From the human T2T-CHM13v2.0 reference genome, Homo sapiens, in NCBI RefSeq assembly GCF_009914755.1, contig NC_060926.1: a stretch of DNA of 64,000 nt; one strand, given 5' to 3'. How positions within the stretch are numbered: position 1 is the first letter of the stretch; the number at the start of each line of letters is the position of its first letter. The translations under genes were made by a program, and so were the position numbers. The notes beneath the pieces were generated by a model. The model ran no database searches, was not told the DNA's origin, and was given only the letters and a program-made list of their open reading frames with translations. Shown one piece after another: positions 1-12,800 of this stretch.

Positions 1-1900
1 GGGAGAGGATTGCATTTAGAGGAGTAGATCATAAATTCAGTTGTAAATACATTAAATTTGAATTGTTAATTGCACCTTGTCAATTTTTCTGGCTTGTCTA
101 TTTTTCCCAAATATATTGTTTTGCACTTAGCAGTTGTTGAACTTTATTTTTTTGTTTATTTAATATCCTAAACTTTGTAAAATTAACTTTATCAAACAAG
201 TTAATATGCATTCACTTTAAATCAATTTTCTTTTAATTTCACAGATCAAAAAATATATGTTTAAATAGTCTTCACAAATAAAAATCCAAACAGCATAGAT
301 GGAAACTCTATATGATGATCATAGTGATAACCATTTTGGATTTATGTGAATTATAACAGGCCTCATGATTTTTTATTACTATTGTGAGAATATTAATGAA
401 AAATACTGTGAAATATTGCATATTTGCCTATATTATGAAATAAGTCAGATAATGACATTTTTATCATCAATTATTATCTAAAAATGGTTTCATGTAACTC
501 CATTTAAACAGTTAATTTTTAAAAGGCATTCTTCCAGTTCATACAATTTATTGATAAGTAAAAACCTATACATAAATCTTAGTGCATTTAGGATTTACCT
601 TCACAAACAAAAGTAGCTTTGTATTTTTGCCTATCTTATTATTAGTTTAAGTTTTTATTTTGTTTCTTTTTCTTTCTAGACTATCAAAATTTGTAATTCA
701 AATTTGGACAGAATTTATTTAGAGTTTTTACTTTATTTTCTACATCAGGCAAAAAGCTGTTTACTCATATAATACTGCAAGTTGCTGCTTTGTTGAGTAC
801 ATTAGATACTGCATGTACAAGCCTTAGGGTTTGTTTTGATTTCAACACTTGGTCTCTTGGTTGAAAGTCAAATAAAAATCAAATTAGATTTTTTTTTATT
901 GTTGTCAAGGTTTCTCAATCTTCTTTATCCCAGCCTCTATTCTACCTCATCTATGTGTGAATTTGTATTAGTTGAGTGCCAGAAGCTAAACTTTAAAAGG
1001 AAATAAAAATTTAATTGCTTTATTGTGTCTGTCTGTTTCAACTATCTTGAATCTCTACTACCTGTTATTAGTTGAAGAAAAATGCTATCATTTTTTCTGC
1101 TCTTTTTCTCACCTCTGTACCTCACATGAGTACTGAAAGAGAAATAAACACCAACTAAAGCAAGCAGTTAGTACAAATGCTGAAACTCATGGTGTGCCCT
1201 GCTTTATTCAAGAAAATTGCTAATGCATGCCACCACTACACTAAAATAGTAAGAGTGAAAATACTCAGGGAACACAAAGTACTGGAGTGAAAGGGCAGAA
1301 GAAGGAAGAAATAATTTTTAAATAAAGAATGCCAAAGCAAGTGCGTATGGTGCCTGATAGATTTTGTTGAACTTAGCGTGGTGAAATAAAGTGATGCCAG
1401 TTACAAATTAATAATATATGGGAAAACATAGCATTCTAAAATTATGCTATTAAATACCTGCATAAGCCACAAACTCCTGATATTTTTCATTGTCAAATAA
1501 CTCATTGTATTTTATTGATGACCTAATTTTGTGGGCAAGTAATAATGGGTACTATTTAAGTATAGAAAATAGTAAACATTCAGACCTTCATTTTTCTCAA
1601 TAATTTAATTTGTAAATAAGACTTTGCTTTTATTTTTCCAGTAAACAGAATGTCACAGAATATCTCTAGTATATTAGCCTTCATGGAACAAAACAAAATA
1701 TCTTTAAAATTTGATGACAATTTACTTTTTATTTTTATTTTTTATTTTTTTTGTGAAATGGTTGAGGGAGATTGAGATAGTTTAGAGCTAATGTACTATG
1801 AAAATATTTTTATGACAGAATATCTGGTTTCCTTCTACCAACATTCTGTATTCACTTCTTTCCAAGTTACAGGAAATAGGCTGTTGTAATATTATGAGGG

Positions 1901-2715
1901 TATGGCACCAGCACAACAAGGTGACCCTCAGTGAGTGACTTCTTATATAATTCCCTATTTTTGAGTATAGGTAGTTCTGTAATTTACTTCTAGGCAATAG
2001 AATGTAGCAAAAGTGATTGAATTAAATCTTCTTGATTTTATTACACTAAAAGGCATAGATAATGCTGTTAGGTACAAAATGCATTAGAGATACTCTTCTG
2101 CTAGCCTTGAAAATGCAAACTGCCATCTTGTAAACTACCTAAGAAGAGAGCTACATGGCAGGGAAGTGTAACTGCAGGAGGTGTTTAGGCCCTCAGGGTG
2201 GCCTCCAGACAACAGTCAGTAAGAAGGCAGACCTTCTGTCATACAGCTTTAAGGAAATGAATTCTGTCAAAGGAGTGAACTTGGAAGTGGATTCTTCTCC
2301 AGTATAGCCTTCAAAGAAGAACACGATCTGACCAACCCCTTGATTTTAGCCTTGTGTGAGTGGAAAACATACCTAAAAATAGTCAAATTCATAGAAACAA
2401 GCAATAGAATTGTGGCTGCCAGGGACTGGAGGGTGAGGGAAATGAGGAGTTGTTGATGGGGTATAAAATTTCATTAATGAAAGATGAGTAAGTTCTAGAG
2501 ATCTGCTGTCCATCATAATGCTTATAGATAACAATGCTACAATTTATACTTAAAAAGTAGATCTCATGGTAAGAGTTCTTAAGACAGTTGAAAAAAAAGA
2601 CTTACCTAAACCTTGACTATAATTCTTACTACAGAAACTGTGAGATAATAAATATGTGTTGTTTTAAGCTGCTAAATTTGTAGTCATCTGTTATATAACA
2701 ACAAAAAAATTCACA
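1901..2715 (+). mobile_element. MaLR LTR (MLT1E/F-like), split by an L1M fragment
   Basis: MLT1 hallmarks: 'aaggaaatgaattctg...gaacttggaagtggattcttctccag', 'ccttgattttagccttgtg' and the 3' end 'acagaaactgtgagataataaatatgtgttgttttaagctgctaaatttgt'. Confidence 0.8.
2378..2596 (+). mobile_element. L1MB-type 3' end fragment nested in MLT1
   Basis: 'agtcaaattcatagaaac...ggctgccagggactgggaggg...aagttctagagatctgctgt', A-tail at ~2591, degenerate 14-bp TSD (2364-2377 / 2597-2610). Confidence 0.8.
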
Positions 2716-4174
2716 GATTCAGAGAACATAAGAAAACATAGTTCTTGTAAATAATCATATACCTTTAAAATTCTTTATATAGTGGAGGGTTTTTTGCTAA
2801 TCTTTCATCACATAGACAGCTACCCATCCTTCTTTTAGTGTAAGTTAACATTGATTAATAAAATATTTTGTTTGTATTTCCCACAAAGATCTTACTAAGT
2901 AAATTAATGAGTTCCTTTCGATGGCCTTTCACAAGCATTAATTTTCAGTTCTCTTCAAGCTCATGTGAGATGTTTTTTTTTCTTCAGAAATGATGATATT
3001 GTTTATTTAGATGTTATTGTGATATTTGGGTAACTGACCTAAGAATAATGGAATCCTGCTCTAGAATACATGTATTACTATCTACAAAATTTGAGTGGAA
3101 ACAAAGATTATTCTTTGCTGTTAACTTCAGCTTTGGTTACAGAACTATACACTAAGAATCCTGGTAAGTGGGCTGTGATATTTTTAAGGATGGAGGTTCA
3201 TTTTTAAATAAAACTATGAATCATATTTCATAACTAACTCTTCATAATACATATGGTGATTGTGACCAACCATTTTTCAAAGGTTGAATTTTAAAATTTT
3301 TTGGCATATACCTTGCTGAGTGGTTTAAATGGAAGCACAGCAAGAGTAGGAGTGTAGATACTTCTTTCACTTCATCTTCCTTTATGTTTTGCTAATGAGC
3401 TACCACCTCTAACTCTTAAGGGAAGACTTACTTATCTCTTCAACTTGCTGTGGAGCTGTGCATTAAAAATTTACTATTCACTAGAAAAACAGAAGATTAT
3501 AAAAAGTTATGCTTTCTTATGGAGAAGAAAGCATGTATTGGTTTCATTTCTTTTTAAGAGTTAAATTTTCATTTCATTTGGAAACCACTAAAATATTAAG
3601 GGCCAATAAATTAAGGAAATATTTTTAAATTCCCTTACATATTGGGCATTCTACTACCTGCAAAACATAGATAAATTAAATAGTTATTTAACTATTTAGA
3701 AAAAGACATGTTAATTTGGTGGAAACTATAAAATGCAAATTACTCGAGTTTGTCTTACACTGTTAGACATTTGCTAGGCAGATGAGGAAGGGACATGCAA
3801 ATGGCAAATTAACAATCAATTGAGCACATGTAATCAGCTGATCCAGTAAATTGACAGCAAACAGACTGAAAAATATAGGTTGGGGCTAGATTTTAGAAGC
3901 ATTTAAAAGCTACACATCCTAATGTCTGTTAATGAACATCTATTTGATGGATGAAACATAGATTTAATGTGCTGGAGATAGCTCAAGTCAACTTGCACTG
4001 AATCAAAAGGAATAATTGTGTGCAAATCTTCCCAACTCTAAGTTCTGCAATGTCACATTGGTAGCTTGAATAGTAAAAGTAGTACCCCATGGAAATTAGC
4101 AAGTGCTATAAAACAGGACCTTTTATTTCCCAGGGAGCCAGTTCTTAAACACCTGTCAGCATACCATTGCCCAC

Positions 4175-4213
4175 ATACGTACACACGTACACATGTACAC
4201 ACACACACACACA
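4175..4213. repeat. (CA)n-rich microsatellite
   Basis: acacacgtacacatgtacacacacacacacaca. Confidence 0.85.
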
Positions 4214-4214
4214 T

Positions 4215-4700
4215 TTATTCACTCAAGACATCAAGAATTGTTTATTGCATATCTTCTGTATGTAAGGCATTATCCAAAGTAATGTTTGGATAAAAAAGAA
4301 AACGTCTCTTCCCTAGTGAAGTAATAATCGAATATTTAACTAAAATAATGTTTAGTTACTGATAAATGAGATGAAAAAATAGAACTAAGTAATAGGTTAA
4401 CTAGAGCAACAGGGTGTTGGCAAGGGGTTGCTATTGTAGACAGGCTGATGAGGGAAGGCCTCTTTAATGAAGTGATATTTTAGCTGAGGCGTAAATATTG
4501 AGAAAGTATCAGGATGTAAAAATTTGGGGACAATGCATTGCAAGCAGAGGACATAGGGAGTGTAAAGATTCTAGCAGAAAACAGGAATTTTTTTTCTGGG
4601 AGGCTAATGTGGGTAAAAAGCAGTGAATAATGATGAGAACAGTAGAAATTGAGGACTGAGACCTGAAAGGTAAGTGGTCACCACTTCCAGTCTGGTCTTA
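4215..4700 (-). mobile_element. L2 (L2a-like) 3' fragment
   Basis: Reverse-complement L2 motifs 'gagggaaggcctctttaatgaagtgatattttagctgag' and 'gcattgcaagcagaggacataggg'. Confidence 0.65.
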
Positions 4701-6355
4701 TAGGTCATATATCTATGCATAAATTCTTAAGTTAGATGTATGTTGACACATCCATTTATTAATTTATTTGGCATCCATTATACACTAGTTACCATGATGG
4801 ATTGATTAAGATAAGGAAAAGTGATTGATGTATAGTCTGTCATAAGGAATCCGTAGTCTTTTTGAGAGGGCATGACAAAGGATCAGGTCACTTGCCTGTC
4901 TTGGCTTCAAGTACCCTTCTTCACATTTCCTCCCCCAATCCCCACCTCCCATGGCTAATTTAGAAGGTCCACTTGGTTACTCTAGTTATATATTCAAATT
5001 CTATAAGAGATTCTAGTAAAATAAATTAGTATTTTGACCAGTTATACTAAAATTTGACTTGAGAGAATTTAAGAAGTCTGAGAGTCAATATATGCTTGGG
5101 CTGAGGGCTAGCAAATCAAACTTTAAAAACACACTTTATTAATAAATTAGGTTTTACTCAAGTCCATGTGTAGAATTGTAGCAAGGTTTTGTTTTATAGT
5201 TTATTTTCCCAAGGCAAAGGCAAAGTTCTGACTTTTATTATTCCGTTATGAAAAATGATCTATGCTAAAGGAGAAGAAATAAGAGGAAAAAAACAAGAAA
5301 CTATTGTCAAGAATGTGTAGAGCTGACTAGCCATGACGGGCAAATAAAGCTTAGTCCCAAATGTTCAGTAGAGAAGAGAGAGGAGAAATCAAAGAAATAG
5401 GGAGAGGTCTCAGCTCTCCCACAAGGGAAGACCTTTTAGATTAGTTCTATTTATGCTTCTAGGAGAAAAAGGATCCAATAAGTGACAGACAGGAGAAAAT
5501 AGTGGCTCCTCCTCCTCTTTGAGGAATCAAGCAACCAATGCTCTCTTCTGACTGCTTTTAAGCAAGAACCATTTCTTATGAAAGTGGCAGGTGGGGTGTG
5601 GAGGAATGAGAAAAAGAGAAAGAGACACGAGTCACAAGGACTATCACCATTTATCTATGCAATTTTAAAGCTCAGTTCACCAACTGTAGCCAATAAAATG
5701 TCCTTAAATCTAGCAACTCAGAGAAATGTCTCCTTCTTACAAATAAAAGAAAGGCAAGGGAGCAGTCTTTAATACTACCAAGAGTCAAACAAAATAAGCC
5801 ATTAAAAGTGCTGATATAAAGATGTGTACAGGTACCAAGTGAAGATAAATCTGAGTAAAAGGGAACATAGGAAGAAGGGAAAGGAAAAGTGTTCCAAAAA
5901 TAATTGTGTATTTATATATGATAATATACTTGCATTAATTTGCTTTTGGTAACTGAATATTGGAAGAAGAAAAAAATTAATTTTTAGTATTCAAAGCCAA
6001 AATTTAGCTATTTCAGAATATGGCGGTTAATAGGGTTGTAGTGGCTGATATCTTGAAATGAATGAGGAGGAGGAATTTTTCAGATTACTGCCAATCTGTT
6101 GCTTGCAATTAATGGCTAAAAACCTTTTTGTGTGCAATTATTTAGTAACTTTGCCATGTTTCCTGCCCTGATTATAAAATTTATTATTATAACATTCTGT
6201 TGAGAGGTGAAAAGGTAAATAGTCAAAAAATGCTGTAGGTCTAGGATTTCAAATATTATTTTATTGATCACAACTTTACTCTGCATGGCTGATAAGTGTG
6301 TTTGCAGCAGCTTCTTATTCTTTGATAACCTGTTTTGAACCAGCATTCTAGTTAT

Positions 6356-7572
6356 TGATGGCAGGGGCTGCTGCCATCATGCCGGCATCAGCAGGGAAGT
6401 GCGGCTGGGGCTACACACTCCATGGAGCAGGTGGGAGCCCTGCCCCTTCTGAGTTAGGACAGGATCTCCCTGTGCCCAAACCAAAGCTGCAGACCCAGGC
6501 CTCCTGCTCTATGGAGAAGGCAGGAGCCCTGCCCTCCTGGGCGGGGCTACAGCGTCCCAAAGTGCAGTTGTGGATCCCAGCACCCCTGTGCCCTTGGGGG
6601 AGGACTGGGAGCAAGCAGGATCTGCCTTCCTGGGTGTGGCTGCGGCCGCCCTCCTAGGCACTGCAGCCACCCCCTTAGGAGCAGGTTCCAGGCATCTCTG
6701 CAGCCTGCACTCTCGGGGGCCTCAGGAAGGACCCCCCCCCCCCCACCCAAAACACACACACACCGCAACCCTGTCCCTGCAGGCTAGAGGGTGTCTGCTC
6801 CCACTGCCTGGCCTCTCTTTGCTCTGGGTACCTGCTCCCATCTTGGCACAGGGTTGGGGATAAGCCCTGGGGCCATGGATGGCAGCAGGAGGCAAAGTTC
6901 TGGGCAGAAAGGGGTGGGTCCCCAGTAAAGGCCCCACCTTCAGGCCTTTGAAGTGGAGTGGGGACTCATGGTGCCTCTTCTTGGCTGCCCATGGCTGCCC
7001 ATGGACCAATTATCACGCACGTCCTTCCCTCTGAGGTTCATAAAAGCCCTGGGCTCAGCCAGAGCAGGACAGAAGATGGCCAGAGGAGAAGAGGGCAGAG
7101 AGACAATGGGATGACAAGCTGCAGAGAGGAGTATCCTCTCTACTGAGAGCTATTCTCTGCTAAGACCTACAGAGCCGACCTTCCCACAGAGAGGAGCTAC
7201 CATCTCTGCTGAGAGCTTCAGAGACCTGCAGAGACCAGCTACTCTCTTTGCTGAGAGTTTCAAAGATCTGCAGAGATGTCCGAATAACCTGGCTGCAGAG
7301 AGAGGAGCCACTCTCTCCAGGGCCTCCTTTCTGCTGAGAGCTGAACACTCCACAAGATGACCTTCCTACACAGAGGAGCTACCCACTCTAAGTGGTATCT
7401 CCTCTGAGCTATCCTATCACTAAACAAAACTCTTCTCTTCTTCATCCTTCACTTGTCTGCCTACCTCATTCTTCCTGGATGCAGGACAAGAACTCAGCCA
7501 AAGGTGCTGCAGCCACAGAGGTTTCCTGCCAAAAAAAAAAAAAAAAAATTGACACCCAGAGATCCTGTAACA
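6356..7572 (+). mobile_element. ERV1 solo LTR, MER52 family
   Basis: TG...CA termini (TGATGGCAG...GATCCTGTAACA); 4-bp TSD ttat/ttac; GC-rich 5' part ('ctgcactctcgggggcc', 'ctgctcccactgcctggcctctc'); repeated 'cagagaggagctac...ctctgctgagagct' units; TATA-like 'cataaaa' ~7039; C13 run 6732-6744. Confidence 0.85.
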
Positions 7573-8334
7573 TTACTGTGGCTGAGAACAGCTATCTGGA
7601 AGAATTGCATGCCTAGGTCAAAAGGCAAATGCAAAAAGAATTAAAATGTAGTGTCTTTTTTCACTTGAAACTCCATGTGGGCAACCATTTAGTTGCTGTT
7701 TTCTTCTCAGATGTTCTGTAATAAGAGAGAGAAAGGTATTAAATAACACCTAATCACGAAAAAAGAGGCCTGATGTTGTTTGGGAAACAAAATGCTAAAA
7801 CACATTGTAAATGGTATATACGGTGTAAATGACACAGGAAGAATATAAAATTTCAAAGGTGAATATGATACCATTTTAGGATCAATGATCAACTTATGAA
7901 TGGATTTAAAGTACATCAATACTAAATTGTCATCTTTAAATTGGGAGTATTAGAAGGAAGAGTATAAAGTCCCTATCATTTTTGCAATGAAGGCCGGCAC
8001 ATTACCAATTCTTATTCAAAATGTTTTTATTCAATGAAATAAAGTACACATGTATACATATTTGTGTATGTGCATCTATGTATTTCAAATGATATTGATG
8101 TTGTTATTCAGGGTTCCCTGAAAAAAATGGGAAAAAAATCTTAATCAAAAAGACATATTTCTTTATAATTAAAGTGATTGCTAACTACTAAACTATTTTA
8201 TTAATTAAAATATATTTAATTACAATGCATATATTCACATATCCAAATAACATTATGTAGCCTTTTCTAGCCCTATTTGAGAGAACTTAAATTTCAAATA
8301 TCTCTTATATCTACACCCAAATCATGTCATGTAA

Positions 8335-8450
8335 CTATTACTATTTCCAATTGAAAGATAAGGTATTTGAGGCTTATATATATTATATAACTTGTCCAAG
8401 GTCATAAATTTAACTGGAAAAGTCAAAAGTCAAATCCAGATGGTCTTTTC
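8335..8450 (-). mobile_element. MIR fragment
   Basis: 'tgaggct...taacttgtccaaggtcat...aaatccag' is the reverse MIR core. Confidence 0.55.
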
Positions 8451-8489
8451 TAAAGTTGAATGTTATTTTATTGCTGTATCATTTGCTTG

Positions 8490-8700
8490 CATTTTATTCC
8501 TGGTTCTGCCACTTACCCATTGCCTTATTTACCTCATCTCAAAATTGTACCATATAGATTATTCTGAATCATAAATGAGACTAGATGGATAGATAAATAA
8601 TTTATAAAATGTATGTTACACTTATTTCTGTGTGCACAGCATATTACTCTGGACTAATTTAAGCACACAATATATATTCAATAAATGATAGTTATTATTA
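8490..8700 (+). mobile_element. MIR fragment (opposite orientation to neighbour)
   Basis: 'tcctggttctgccacttac...cctcatctcaaaatt' and 3' 'tcaataaatgatagttattatta'. Confidence 0.55.
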
Positions 8701-9761
8701 GCAACCACCTGCATTAAATTTTATTGCCTCAGACTTCATGTTGTAATACAATAAATAGTGTATTCCAGAAGAACTTACCAAATTTGTTTAAAAAATTCAA
8801 TTTTTAATTTAATTTATATTGGTAAAGGATTTTCTAAGTTGGACAAGATTTTATTAGCATAATTATCCAAAAAGAAATGTAACATGCATATATTGAGGGG
8901 CAGAATTTTACCTAAATTTCATTACACAAGTTAAGAAAACATGGCAGAATGACTGTTATTTCATTATAAATTAATTATAAATTATAAGGATCTATAAAGT
9001 TTTAAATAAAATATTACAGAAAAAACATCTGTCACACAATGTCTTTATTTATCTTATATTTTTAACTTAAATGAAAAAGTCACCGATTTTGCTCTAAATA
9101 AAGTAAATATAATGTGTACCATATCGTTAAAAAATCTTGTAGCTTACAGAAAGCTTGAAGATGGGTTATATTTTCAAAGAATAAAATGTATTCTATTAAA
9201 TTCTAATGTAGCTTAATCATTTAACATTGCTATATTGTTGATTATAAAAGCTAGTTTACATTTTAATATGCATTGGGAACTCTTCAAAATAATTTGTTTA
9301 AGAAAAGGAACATGTAGCTCAGTCATCAGTTCATGCATGGAAAACATTAAGGATGATTCTTAAATGATTTGAATTATAACATAACATAGATATGTGTTTT
9401 AGTAATAAACGAAGTGCCATGAATTTTTGATTATCCTAGTGCCTTCTTAAAAAATGAAACAAAAAGTGACCTTTAGAATTTGGTTATTATTGCATTAGAA
9501 AATCTAGGATCACAGACTTAGATTGTATTTAAATATGTTTATTTTTCCTTTCCAATTTCTAGAAAGCCTGTATAAAAATAGATAAAATTTTGTATTGTTG
9601 TAATAATTGTTGAATAAAGCTGCAAATTATTATCAAAGTGAACTTTCTTAATATATTAAATTATATTCTCTCTGCTTAATAGGTCACCTTTACATACATA
9701 ATGCTACAGTTTATTTTCTATGTAAATCAATTCAAGGTTAATTTTTACCCTAAATATAAAT

Positions 9762-9872
9762 GCATATGTGTGTATATATACATACATAAATACATATATA
9801 AATACATATTTGTATATAAATATATATGCATATATACATGCATATAGATACACATATCTGTTTATATACACA
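9762..9872. repeat. (TA/CA)n low-complexity tract
   Basis: gcatatgtgtgtatatatacatacataaatacatatata... Confidence 0.8.
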
Positions 9873-10249
9873 TTTAAATAACAAAAGGATAAAATTGTAT
9901 ATTAATCTGAGAGAAGATTTCAATATGTTAAAAACTTTTTCTTTTATATTTGATTTGTTATATATACTCTAAATGTGTCTAGATGTCATCAGAATCTAAT
10001 TCTATTTCATAGGGAGGCATTGTCAAGAAATGAATTATATTCAAATTGTTTTATCTCAATGGGTCATTCATACTCAACGTCAGTACTGAGAACCAAATTT
10101 ATACTAACCACTTTACTAAGTTCTTTTAATTAATAAATGGATGAGAGAAAATAATTGCCACCAGTTACCTCAACATAAATTGTTGAAATATAAAAATCTA
10201 AAGATCATTAGATCATATTATTCATAAAGTCCTATGGAGTTGCAGCTGG

Positions 10250-11360
10250 GTATTGTGAATCAGAAAAACTGATTTCTGGGAAGTAAGCATGGAGAAAATA
10301 CATACCTCAAAATGCACAGCTCAGAACTCTAAAATTTAAATAAACCTAAAATAAAACCTTCTCATAATTCATGACTGGATTCACAAAAAGTAAGGAAAAT
10401 CCTTAAATCGCCAAACCAAACAAACATTAATCGTAATACACTTGCTGTCTTAAATGTTCTGAAAATTCATGTCTTCTCAAACTGCAGATCTAATGGCATA
10501 TTGGGTAATTAGAAGCAAACTCAGGAATGTGCCAGGACGGCCAGAAGAGAGATACCTGTATAAACTCATGAACATCAAAGGACTACACACTCAGTGAACA
10601 GGCAATCTATAAAGGTCAACTCAACAAAAACGGACAGTAAGGAAATCCATTTGCTCAGACGTTTGCTCTGAATAAAGAAGGAAAATGTCTCCACTGAGAA
10701 ACTCAACCATCTCTCACATGGACTCATGGCCTGAATCCCTGCATGGCACAAAATCCTTCAGGGAGAGATTTTGATTAAAGTGGCTCTGGGTTGTTAGTAT
10801 CCCTAGGCAACTTGCAAAATAAATTCAATTTCTCTGCAGACAAAAAAAATAGAACTCAAGACTTAAAATTTTTCATCAACAATGTTCCAATGCACACAAA
10901 AATCACAAAGTGCAATCTTTCCATATCAGTCCTGTAAAAGCTTCAGATATTAGAAATAAAGAAAAAAATTAAAATGTGAGTTTTAATATACTAATGTAAA
11001 TATATAAAAAGACTTATACAAAATATATGACTCATTTTTAACTGAGTGTGTATACATGAATATAAAGTTGAAAATGTGAGGACAAATCAAGGGATTATCC
11101 AAAGCTGTCAAAGATATTTTAACAAGCACTAAGTAGATTTTTGAGAATTAAAAAAATACATATTTATAATTGAATGACAAAAGTTCAACAGATGAGTTAG
11201 GCAATAAATATAACATGTCTAAAAAGAATTGGCAGTCTAGGTGATAAATTTAAACATCTGAAGAATTTTGTACAATGAATCACATAGAAATTAAGCGATG
11301 AAAATTGTGACAGGTAGAATTACAATGGCTAGTGTACATCTAATTATAGTGTTATAATTA
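10250..11360 (+). mobile_element. Ancient L1 (L1ME/HAL1-like) 5'UTR/ORF1 relic
   Basis: A-rich degenerate ORF1-like sequence ('ttcagatattagaaat', 'ttcaacagatgagttaggc', 'tacatctaattatagtgtt'); no intact frame. Confidence 0.5.
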
Positions 11361-11696
11361 GAAAAAAAGGAAAGATAAGCATTTGAAAGGAGAAAATTTG
11401 TAGGCTGGAGGCTTGAAGCATGGAAAGGGAGAAATAATTGTTGGAAGTACTAGGATAATGGGGTTGGAAGAAGAAACATTTTCTAGGTCAGGGAGCAAAG
11501 GAAACTGAAACTCCAGGGCCTGTTGCACAAAGCTTAAGGAAAGTAAATTGATTTGTTCTAGGATAAATTTTCTTCTGAGAAGCAGAAGCATCTTTCTGAT
11601 AGCTATTGGTGAAGCTGACAGCTGCTGGTGAAGGAAAGAAAAAGTGGATGCATGAAATGGTGACGAATAGACTATTGAAATCTTGGGTGGTGATCT

Positions 11697-11739
11697 TGTG
11701 CATGCATGTGTGTGTGTGTGCACATGTGCGCGTGTGTGT
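11697..11739. repeat. (TG)n/(CG) alternating purine-pyrimidine tract
   Basis: tgtgcatgcatgtgtgtgtgtgtgcacatgtgcgcgtgtgtgt. Confidence 0.85.
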
Positions 11740-12669
11740 CTATTTTAGGTGAAATAATCCTTCCACATTGCAACATTAATTTAAATAGCAATTTAAGAAA
11801 AAGTCACTTAATACTCTTTGTGAGCCTAGAAGCCTAAATACAGTCAATCCATATAAATAGTGGATCCGTGAAATCTAGATTAAACTTCAAGAGTCTTATT
11901 TTGAAATTATTCCTAGTAACTTACAAAACTTAGCTGTCTCTTGCATTTTGACATTAATTAAAGGAAGTAAGACATCCGATTTGGGTTTATGAATTTTTGT
12001 ATCTTGGGTAATTTTCACAAAACCCTTTTCCACAACCTTAGAACATCTTTAGTGCAATTCTCGGTGATCATAGTGATGATTACAAATGAGGGCATAATTT
12101 CTTGAAATTATAAAAGAAAGTGATTCTGAGCCAAATAAATTGGTGGAGTTAAGAAGAAAACCTAGACATAATGGGGGAATTATTGACTATCTGGGCAGCA
12201 TTTAGAAATTTATCTGTTATATTTTAAGTACTATGTTGTTACACTTTGGGTAAAATATTAACTCTAGAGCTAAGCAAGAGGAAAAAAATCTATTTGTAAC
12301 CAGAAAGTAAAAACTGACCTGACATGAATGTTGATATTCCTGAAAATATCACATCAAATTTAAATAAAATATTTGAAAAATTGTGAAATCTGCATTATAG
12401 ACATTGAGGGGGTGCAGTGTTTTTGTTAGTATATTTAACATGGATAGTCAGTAATATGTGAGATTGCTAGAATAAATATGTCTAAGCAATTCCTTTGTAA
12501 AGTAGTATGCTGGAAAAATGTTATTCATTTTTGCCTAAGGGTCATACAATTTCTCAAGAAGTTAGGTTATTTCCTTGAAGGGGGATGGGAGGTTCCTAAC
12601 AGATATCCTTTGGCTTCTACTGTGCTTTACTCACTGAGTTGAAATTGCCTTTAGCAATTACTTTAGAAT

Positions 12670-12800
12670 ATGGGCTATGGACCAAGTAAATGAAAATCAC
12701 CCAGCATAGTTTTTAAAAATGCATACCCCTGTGCCCTATTCCAGGCTCAAGGATGTAAATTCTTAATAATATTTCTACATGAAAGTTTGAGAAATTGGAC
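12670..12800. mobile_element. MER5-like hAT MITE relic
   Basis: 'aatcacccagcatagtttttaaaaatgcatacccctgtgccctattccag...aaagtttgagaa'. Confidence 0.4.

Noticed and set aside
4660-4676. Consensus donor AAG|GTAAGT (also at ~34953)
   Set aside because: No convincing matching acceptor at exon distance; the first lies in an L2 relic
5230-5760. Purine-rich blocks that may be ancient LTR or L2/CR1 relics (also 11400-11690, 12250-12620, 13000-13600, 20080-20260)
   Set aside because: Too diverged to assign a family by eye; needs a Dfam HMM search
7115-7410. Repeat units with variable spacers resembling a CRISPR-like array
   Set aside because: Degenerate internal tandem repeats native to MER52 LTRs; eukaryotic context, no cas genes
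6355-7644. Cluster of overlapping 60-100 aa ORFs on both strands
   Set aside because: All lie within the GC-rich MER52 LTR, where stops are rare; no recognisable domain
316-12077. Shared 13-mer tgatcatagtgat at ~316 and ~12065
   Set aside because: No extension of homology; expected by chance in 64 kb of AT-rich DNA
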